A stretch of 30,118 nt of DNA from IMG/VR virus record IMGVR_UViG_3300049165_000059, positions 1 to 30,118 of that record; one strand, given 5' to 3'. The position numbers and the translations under genes were made by a program. Source of the stretch: a virus (lineage: Duplodnaviria > Caudoviricetes). The notes under the pieces are model-generated. The model was not told the DNA's origin. It saw only the letters and a program-made list of their open reading frames with translations, and ran no database searches. The stretch's first letter is position 1. Every line of letters starts with the position of its first letter. Shown here one piece after another: positions 24,822-30,118 of this stretch.

Positions 24822-25362
24822 GGCGCGCCTCCGCTTGCTGCTCAGTGGGCAGACCCAACTCCTCCAGCGTCATCGTGACGGCGTAGGTGACGAGGTCGGC
24901 CTGCTGCTGCTCGATGCGGGCGAGACGCTCGTCGATGTTCAGTTTCGCCATCGCGGTCAGGAACCGCTCGCACCTGTCGAGGGCCCGCTCGAACAGCGCG
25001 ACCTCGGAGCGGAGCTGCTCACCGCCGTCCGTCGAGTACCGCAGCGACGTGAGTTCGTTGACCTTGGCGGCGAGGCCGTCCTTCCACGCCACCACCTGCC
25101 CGGTAATGCGGGCCAACTCGGTGAGGGGATTGTCGACCGGGGGTGCGTTCAGGTCAGCGAGGAGGCGTTCGGCCTGCTGGTTGAGGGCGGCGGTGCGGTG
25201 GTTCTTTGTGTTGCCGCCGTGGGTGCGGCAAGGCCCGAACCCGAGGTGGTCGGTTCCCCACCCGGCGGGCCGTTGGCAGTTGCCTTCACCCTGGCGTTTC
25301 TTCGCTCCGCAGCAGGGGTGTCCATGGCCTGGGCTGGTTGGAGGCTGCTCCATGACCTTCAC
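24781..25362 (-). CDS. terS: Terminase small subunit (probable; alternative start ATG 25353)
   Basis: CGAK...C..PAGWGT.H.G.GPC..HGG Zn motif plus helical body; overlaps the terL start. Confidence 0.8.
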   Translation of the reverse strand: MKVMEQPPTSPGHGHPCCGAKKRQGEGNCQRPAGWGTDHLGFGPCRTHGGNTKNHRTAALNQQAERLLADLNAPPVDNPLTELARITGQVVAWKDGLAAKVNELTSLRYSTDGGEQLRSEVALFERALDRCERFLTAMAKLNIDERLARIEQQQADLVTYAVTMTLEELGLPTEQQAEARRGVARHLRVVSGG

Positions 25363-25392
25363 CCCCGGTCATGATCGTTCTTACCCGGTGGT

Positions 25393-25893
25393 TCACTCAC
25401 CAGCCGTACTCAGGGGGATCTGCCCATCTGATTCGGCAGCCCGCCTGAGATAGCGAGCGGCGGCCTCAAGACGGTCAGGGTCGTCCCCGAGGATCCCCAT
25501 TCCCCAGTTGCATCCGCGACACAGGATGCCTCTGACAACCCCCGTCTTGTGACAGTGGTCGATGTTGCACGACTTCATGCCCGTTCGGATCAGTTCGGTG
25601 CGGCAGATGGCGCACCGACCGTCCTGTGATGTCCACAGGTCTTCGTACTGCTCGTCTGTCAGTCCGTACTTCGCTGGGCCCCGATCATGCTTGATCGGTT
25701 CATAAACGGTCGCCCGTTCTTGCACCTTGTGGTTCGGGTTGCCGTACCTCTTCCATCGCCAGTAGTGCCTCCCACACCATCCGCGCGAGGTGGCGGGCAG
25801 GGGGCAACCTCTGACGGAGCACTTCTTCTTTACTTTGCGTAGGGGGGCGAAGACGTCCGCGTCGTCAGACGCAGCAGTACTACGATCGGTCAT
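25393..25893 (-). CDS. Endonuclease VII-family (His-Me finger) nuclease with N-terminal C3H Zn finger
   Basis: YGLT..QY...QDGRCAIC...IDHCH.TG.VRGILC..CN.G.G...DD...L..A..YL; N-terminal CSVRGC...RGWC.RHY. Confidence 0.93.
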   Translation of the reverse strand: MTDRSTAASDDADVFAPLRKVKKKCSVRGCPLPATSRGWCGRHYWRWKRYGNPNHKVQERATVYEPIKHDRGPAKYGLTDEQYEDLWTSQDGRCAICRTELIRTGMKSCNIDHCHKTGVVRGILCRGCNWGMGILGDDPDRLEAAARYLRRAAESDGQIPLSTAGE

Positions 25894-25897
25894 GCTG

Positions 25898-25950
25898 ACC
25901 TGCTCTCTCAGGTTGGCCGTGCCCCCGGGCGGTTGCAGCCGTCGCGGGGG
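25898..25950 (-). other. Two-hairpin 5' leader of the endonuclease gene
   Basis: CCCCCG..CGG-CTGCAA-CCG..CGGGGG (25922-25950), then ACCTG-AGAGAG-CAGGT (25898-25913) covering the ribosome-binding region. Confidence 0.55.
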
Positions 25951-25952
25951 TC

Positions 25953-25976
25953 TCGCTTATTTGTTCGATTATCTCA
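25953..25976 (-). promoter_or_regulatory. Extended -10 element overlapped by a degenerate LexA (SOS) box
   Basis: TGAGATAAT then TCGAACAAATAAGCGA, compared with the actinobacterial consensus TCGAAC-N4-GTTCGA (one perfect half, 3/6 in the other). Confidence 0.45.
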
Positions 25977-26059
25977 CGGATTCAGAGCCTGCGGTGCCCA
26001 TTGGCCGCCTTCTCCCGCCGGTTGGGAGGTGTGACTTCCCGCAGGTCAGAGGCTTGTGG

Positions 26060-26278
26060 TCAGCGGGCCTTCCTGCGTTGCCTCCAGGCTGACGCGAAGA
26101 TCGCCAGCACCAGGGCCGTGAGTGCCGCGATGACGGCCAGCATCACTACCCGGACCAGGTCGATCGCGCCGTGCGGGAGCTGGGCTGTGACGGCGTAAAG
26201 GCAGATGTAGAGCACGAGGATAGGCACCGGCCGGACGGTGACCTGCCAGCGCCATAGCCGTACCGGCCAGCGCTTCAC
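26060..26278 (-). CDS. Small 2-TM membrane protein (72 aa)
   Basis: Two hydrophobic segments, basic termini, GTGA overlap. Confidence 0.7.
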   Translation of the reverse strand: MKRWPVRLWRWQVTVRPVPILVLYICLYAVTAQLPHGAIDLVRVVMLAVIAALTALVLAIFASAWRQRRKAR

Positions 26279-26682
26279 GGCGTCTCTTGGTCGAGGTAGG
26301 GGCGGGCGAGAGACTCCAAAGCGGAGCGGGCCATGGCATCAGGCCGCTCATGCTCGTAGAGGAGATCCGGCGCAGCAGCGAGCAGGTCCCGCTTGGCGGC
26401 GACGTCGGCGAGGACACGGGACGGGTCGTAGATCAGCGCCCACGAGTTGTGGTGGTTGGGCAGCCGGTCCTCGCCTGGCTCCCACTGCTGGTATTCGCCG
26501 TTCCGCTCCCCGTATGGGTCGTCAACGAGCATCGGCTCTTCGACGTGGCCGTCGTCGCAGGCGTACAGCCGGTACGGCTGGCGTACGCGCTTGGCGGCCT
26601 CCTCGTCGGCGTCCAGTCCGGCCGTGATGACCGCGATCAGTTCGTCCAGGGTCATGGACGCCGCACGCTCAGCCGCGCTCAC
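26275..26682 (-). CDS. DUF6221-like phage protein
   Basis: ITAGLDADEEAA, DPSRVLADVAAKR and LESLARPY motifs; GTGA overlap. The start could also be the downstream Met. Confidence 0.75.
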   Translation of the reverse strand: MSAAERAASMTLDELIAVITAGLDADEEAAKRVRQPYRLYACDDGHVEEPMLVDDPYGERNGEYQQWEPGEDRLPNHHNSWALIYDPSRVLADVAAKRDLLAAAPDLLYEHERPDAMARSALESLARPYLDQETP

Positions 26683-27044
26683 CAAGCCTCCAGCGAGATA
26701 CCGTAGTGCGCCGCGACAACCTCAACCGTGCGGCACGGCCACTCCGGATACTCACACTCGTAGCCGTCCATGTCGTCGCCCTCGCACTCGCCGCGCTCGT
26801 TCTCGCAGTGCAAGTCCAGGACAGCGCGGGCGAGCGGGTCCGTGATCGCGGCTAGCCGCTCCCGTGCAGCAGCAAGCCCCTCGGTGCGGGCTTCAGCCTG
26901 GCGTCTTGCCTCCGCCGCGCTGCGCTCCATCTCCGCGCGTTCCTCCGCCGTGGGTTCGACCACGCCAGCGGCGAGAAGCATGTCCCGGGACATGGGGATG
27001 ACGGCGCCGCGCTTCACAGTCGTCATGCTGAGCGGCTCGGTCAT
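26679..27044 (-). CDS. Hypothetical phage protein with H...C...WPC.T motif (121 aa)
   Basis: ATGA overlap at 27041-27044; VLDLH...EC...EWPCRTV. Confidence 0.75.
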   Translation of the reverse strand: MTEPLSMTTVKRGAVIPMSRDMLLAAGVVEPTAEERAEMERSAAEARRQAEARTEGLAAARERLAAITDPLARAVLDLHCENERGECEGDDMDGYECEYPEWPCRTVEVVAAHYGISLEAW

Positions 27045-27319
27045 GACAGCAGCTCCGGTTCCCACACCCACCGCATCGTGTGAACCTCACGCGCCACAGT
27101 CACATGCGCGACACGATCCCGGCGCCCGGCAAGACACCCGTCACAAACGTTGATCTCCAGTTCGCCGCGCGTACCGTCGAACTCCGACCCGAAGCCGGGG
27201 CTTGCGCGGAACGACACCGCGTCAACCGGCTGCGCGTCACCCTCCCCCACGGGGGTGAGGGTCTTCCCGCACACCAGGCACGGCAGCGGGGTCTGCGGTG
27301 CGATCCTCCGGGTGCTCAC
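27041..27319 (-). CDS. Small Zn-binding hypothetical protein (92 aa)
   Basis: GTGA overlap with SD GAGGAG; CLVC...CDGC. Confidence 0.75.
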   Translation of the reverse strand: MSTRRIAPQTPLPCLVCGKTLTPVGEGDAQPVDAVSFRASPGFGSEFDGTRGELEINVCDGCLAGRRDRVAHVTVAREVHTMRWVWEPELLS

Positions 27320-27591
27320 GGGGTCTGGCTCCTCAGTGCGAGCCGGGGATCGCAGCCGTTGGGGCACTCCCACTGCCCGACATGGAGCACCGGGAACCGC
27401 TCACCCCACGTCCGGGCGTCCACCGACTGCGGCTCCGCGTCAGTAGATCCGCACACCGGGCACGGCGGCCACTCCTGAACCTGCCACTCCTGCCCGGTGA
27501 ACGTACCCATCGGATGACCGTCAGCGGGCTCGACCTGCCCGTCCAGGTTGAGGCGCCAGCGGCGAGACTTGGCCAGGACCACCGCGCTCAT
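27316..27591 (-). CDS. Small Zn-ribbon hypothetical protein (91 aa)
   Basis: ATGA overlap; CPVC...CPNGC. Confidence 0.7.
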   Translation of the reverse strand: MSAVVLAKSRRWRLNLDGQVEPADGHPMGTFTGQEWQVQEWPPCPVCGSTDAEPQSVDARTWGERFPVLHVGQWECPNGCDPRLALRSQTP

Positions 27592-27884
27592 GACGCCGAC
27601 TCCCACCACGGCGGCGACCCGGAACCATACACGTCGATCTTATAGAGATCAGCCGAGAACATGTTGATTGAGGCTGGCCCCTCGCCGCCGTCTGGCAAGC
27701 GAATCCATACGACATCCGCCATCGTCACCAGCGGGATGTCCTCGCTGACATCGGCGGTGCCGAGCCACTGCTTGCGGTCACCGTCCGGCCCGACACGCAA
27801 GTCAACGTCGGCGAAGTACTCCGAGCCGTCGCGACCAACGAACACAGCCGGGCCTTTGTAGAAGTCTGCAGAGGGGCTGCTCAC
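27588..27884 (-). CDS. Hypothetical beta-rich protein (98 aa), loosely DUF4873-like
   Basis: GTG at 27884 after TAGGAGAC; YKGPA...W.G...IRLPDG.EG.A...G.G.PPW pattern; TGGGACAAT -10-like element directly upstream. Confidence 0.7.
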   Translation of the reverse strand: MSSPSADFYKGPAVFVGRDGSEYFADVDLRVGPDGDRKQWLGTADVSEDIPLVTMADVVWIRLPDGGEGPASINMFSADLYKIDVYGSGSPPWWESAS

Positions 27885-27931
27885 GTCTCCTATTGTCCCA
27901 GATCCGTGAGGGTTTCGCAGGTTCACCAAGC

Positions 27932-28048
27932 CCCCGCGCCCCGACCGGCAGCACCCCTTGAGCGACCGGCCGGGACGCGAGGGTGCACGCCCCGGAACGG
28001 GGGCACCGAGAGCGCGCGGGTGAGGGCACACCACAGGAGAGGGTGTGC
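27932..28048 (-). ncRNA. Putative structured RNA (three tandem hairpins)
   Basis: Lies in the non-coding gap 27885-28111. Stems at 28026-28048, 27982-28007 and 27932-27982; the last is an 18-bp stem with four G-U pairs on the minus strand. Confidence 0.5.
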
Positions 28049-28111
28049 GCGGCGTACGACAGGCCACGGGGTTGTGAGCACCGGAAAAGGCCCGCGTACG
28101 CGTCTAAAAGG

Positions 28112-28387
28112 TCAGGCAGCGTGAAAGGACCGCTCAGCGTCGAACAGAGGGCAAGACACCGCGATCTCCGCGCGGTCCTCCGGAGACGCCGGCACCGGGT
28201 GCCCGTGGCGGATCTCCCGCTCAATCACCCGAAGATCATTCAGGTCGTAGTACATCTTCCGGTTGACCCGCTTCAAACGGCGGGCGCCGTGACGAGTCAC
28301 CCACGAGTACACCGTCCCAACCGAACGGTCAAGGCGGGCGGCGGCCTCAGCGGCAGTGACCGGGACAGGCCGCGACAGTGGGGGCAC
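28112..28387 (-). CDS. Small HTH DNA-binding protein (MerR/excisionase-like, 91 aa)
   Basis: VTAAEAAARLDRSVGTVYSWVTR...YYDLNDL; GTG at 28387 after AGAGGGGG. Confidence 0.8.
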   Translation of the reverse strand: MPPLSRPVPVTAAEAAARLDRSVGTVYSWVTRHGARRLKRVNRKMYYDLNDLRVIEREIRHGHPVPASPEDRAEIAVSCPLFDAERSFHAA

Positions 28388-28403
28388 CGAGACACCCCCT
28401 CTG

Positions 28404-28441
28404 AACAGCAAGAAGCCCCGGCAGCGCGCGGCTTCCGGGGC
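28404..28441 (-). terminator. Intrinsic terminator
   Basis: GCCCCGG-AAGC-CGCGC-GCTG-CCGGGGC followed by TTCTTGCTGTT. Confidence 0.75.
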
Positions 28442-28530
28442 AGGAATCTCCAGGTTGAATCCGAATTCTTGCATGCGCGTGCCCGATTCGCCACTTGGGA
28501 CACACCCTGATCGCGTGACCTGCGGTTATG

Positions 28531-29373
28531 TCACACCCGTTCGCCGAGTCTGCGACGTTCCCGGGTCGCCTTCCGATGCCGGGCCTGCTCCTCATCGACC
28601 ATCAGGGCGCGGAGACGGGACCCGAGGTACTCGCTGCGGCACGCGAGGCACTCAATGTGGTCGGCGAGGCCGACAGAGCCGTCTTGGCGGCGGAGTTTCC
28701 GTTCCCCGCAGTCCCAGCACGGGGTGATCAGGTCGTGGTGCTGCGGTGTCCACCCCAGCCGGGCAAGGGCGCGGTGGTGAAGGTTCAGGATCTCGATGCC
28801 TGCCTCCACGCCACCGAGGTCCACGTTGTAATGCAGCCAGTCGCCGTCGTGGACGAACACGTCCGCCGCTTCGGGGACATGCTCGTGCCGGGCGAGGTCG
28901 AGGGTGCGGCACATCGAGTCCGCGGGGAGGGCGAGGAGCGCGTCCACATGCGCGGCGAGGACCGCGCACGCGACCTTGACGGCGTGGCCGGCGCGGCGCT
29001 GCCCGGACACGTCAGCGAGGTTCGCGGCGTCGCGGACGCGTTCCTCCCACGAGGTGAGGATCTCCACGATGTGCCGCTGGAAAGCCTCCACCCCCGTGTT
29101 GATCGGGATCGGGGCTGCTGCTCCCCCACCGGACACGCGGGGCCCGTCCGCGCGGGGCCGGTCGCCGATGCGGACCGCGAGCTCCACGAACCGGCCCGGG
29201 AGGTCGTTGAGGCAGCGGCGGATGCGGGTGACGTCCGCGTCGCAGAACGCCCGGTAGGTCTGCGCCGGGACAGTGACGTGCTTCCCGTCGGCCAGGACGG
29301 TTTTGCGGGCTGCGCAGTGCCGTCCCCGTGCGCAGTCGTGCAGGCCCTCGTCCTGCTGCTGGTTGCCGGTCAT
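28531..29373 (-). CDS. Zn-ribbon protein, candidate late-gene regulator
   Basis: 280 aa; C...C...C N-terminus, APIPIN motif, PCWDC...ECLAC C-terminus; last large gene before the promoter/terminator preceding the late region. Confidence 0.7.
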   Translation of the reverse strand: MTGNQQQDEGLHDCARGRHCAARKTVLADGKHVTVPAQTYRAFCDADVTRIRRCLNDLPGRFVELAVRIGDRPRADGPRVSGGGAAAPIPINTGVEAFQRHIVEILTSWEERVRDAANLADVSGQRRAGHAVKVACAVLAAHVDALLALPADSMCRTLDLARHEHVPEAADVFVHDGDWLHYNVDLGGVEAGIEILNLHHRALARLGWTPQHHDLITPCWDCGERKLRRQDGSVGLADHIECLACRSEYLGSRLRALMVDEEQARHRKATRERRRLGERV

Positions 29374-29440
29374 AATCCCCCCATAGGTTCGGCGCGCTTA
29401 CGTGTGGTCCAGTCGTGGGCGTGAGGCGGGGCAGGGTGCG

Positions 29441-29725
29441 TTACGTGTCCTCCGGCTGGTCGAGCGCGGCGAGCCTGCGTTCGGTCTCAGCCATGCGCCG
29501 CGAGTAGACGAACAGGAGGCCGCCGCAGACGACCTCCAGGGCACCGACCACGACGTACGCGGGGTCGCCTGTGGTGGCTGCTCCTACGGCAACGGCGAGG
29601 CCCCCGAGTGCGATGAGGGCTGCGGCCACGGTGAGTCCTGTGACGAGCCGGGCGCCACCAGAGGTGCCCGGCTCGGGCGATATGCGGCGGATCGCGCAGC
29701 CGAGGGTGTGCAGCGGGTGGATCAT
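29441..29725 (-). CDS. Small 2-TM membrane protein (94 aa)
   Basis: ATG at 29725 (ATGA overlap, SD GGAGGAG); two hydrophobic segments. Confidence 0.75.
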   Translation of the reverse strand: MIHPLHTLGCAIRRISPEPGTSGGARLVTGLTVAAALIALGGLAVAVGAATTGDPAYVVVGALEVVCGGLLFVYSRRMAETERRLAALDQPEDT

Positions 29726-29758
29726 CGCGGGGTCTCCTCCGGCTGGTCGAGGGCGGCG
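29448..29758. repeat. 24-bp direct repeat (23/24 identical) at 29448-29471 and 29735-29758
   Basis: tcctccggctggtcgag(c/g)gcggcg; encodes AALDQPE at the 3' ends of two adjacent genes. Confidence 0.85.
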
Positions 29759-30117
29759 TCGAGCCGTTCGGCCCATGCGCGGGCGCCGGTGATGTTGCGC
29801 ATGTCGTGGGCGAGGTCCCGCACCCGCTGGACGGCAGCGAGGGCCTCGTCCCGCTGCCGCTCGGCGCGGTTGAGGCGGCACGCGTAGCACCAGTCCGCGC
29901 AAGCGGCGTCCTCCGGTTCGACGACTCCGACTACGCCGAACCTCATGTGGACGTCGGGGAAGCGCTCCATCATGCGATGCGCGGTGTCCCGCTGCCGCTC
30001 GGCCTCCTCGGCGCGCTGGCGCTGCTCGACGGGGAGGCCGCGAAGCCGCTCGGTGAGCTTGACCAGCTCGCCGCTCAGGTAGTCGCGCTGCTGGCGTAGC
30101 TCCTCGACGTCAACTCG
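29722..30117 (-). CDS. Coiled-coil hypothetical protein, 5' end outside the window
   Basis: The frame of the 29722..29973 ORF stays open to the window edge (RVDVEELRQQRDYL...AERQRDTAHRMMERF); CADWCYAC motif. Confidence 0.75.
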   Translation of the reverse strand, partial: RVDVEELRQQRDYLSGELVKLTERLRGLPVEQRQRAEEAERQRDTAHRMMERFPDVHMRFGVVGVVEPEDAACADWCYACRLNRAERQRDEALAAVQRVRDLAHDMRNITGARAWAERLDAALDQPEETPR

Positions 30118-30118
30118 C

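Larger units (their letters stand above)
1..30118 (-). mobile_element. Actinobacterial siphovirus (pro)phage late region: packaging, head, tail and lysis modules plus adjacent accessory genes
   Basis: Canonical gene order terS-terL-portal-MuF-protease-capsid-head/tail joining-tail tube-chaperones-tape measure-tail tip-holins-endolysin, all on the minus strand with many ATGA/GTGA stop-start overlaps. No integrase or att site is visible, so prophage versus free phage cannot be decided. Confidence 0.97.

Noticed and set aside
26039-28527. Recurring CGCAGGTCA/TGACCTGCG words (about 26040, 27916, 28516)
   Set aside because: Only two exact copies of a short word that is common in actinobacterial DNA; no function can be supported.
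59-30099. Long plus-strand ORFs (e.g. 595-1656, 6388-8127, 10242-12530, 13875-15716, 16833-18656)
   Set aside because: They are antisense shadows of high-GC3 minus-strand genes, with Arg/Pro/Gly-rich translations and no recognisable motifs.
1-30118. tRNA, rRNA, integrase, IS elements
   Set aside because: No cloverleaf/T-loop context, recombinase or transposase motifs were recognised by eye.

Overview
The window is a GC-rich (about 70% by eye) actinobacterial temperate-type siphophage or prophage segment, with essentially all real genes on the minus strand. From right to left it contains: small accessory genes; a Zn-ribbon regulator followed by a promoter/terminator pair and an HTH gene; a structured non-coding gap; more small accessory genes; an endonuclease VII gene; TerS and TerL; portal; MuF; protease-scaffold; DUF2190 cement; Mu gpT-like major capsid; head-tail joining genes; tail tube; tail chaperones with a -1 frameshift; tape measure with NlpC/P60; tail-tip genes; a metallophosphoesterase-GH26-like fusion; a holin cluster; and an amidase endolysin. 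The most notable points are: (1) an un-called ORF at the left end that resembles Acb2/Tad1-type helical-hairpin proteins and sits behind an exact PafBC/RecA-NDp promoter motif; (2) the phosphoesterase-glycosidase fusion at the tail/lysis junction; (3) three genes with an internal SD+ATG start at a domain boundary; (4) a G-U-rich three-hairpin RNA in the late leader. Family assignments come from recognising motifs by eye. No database searches were run.
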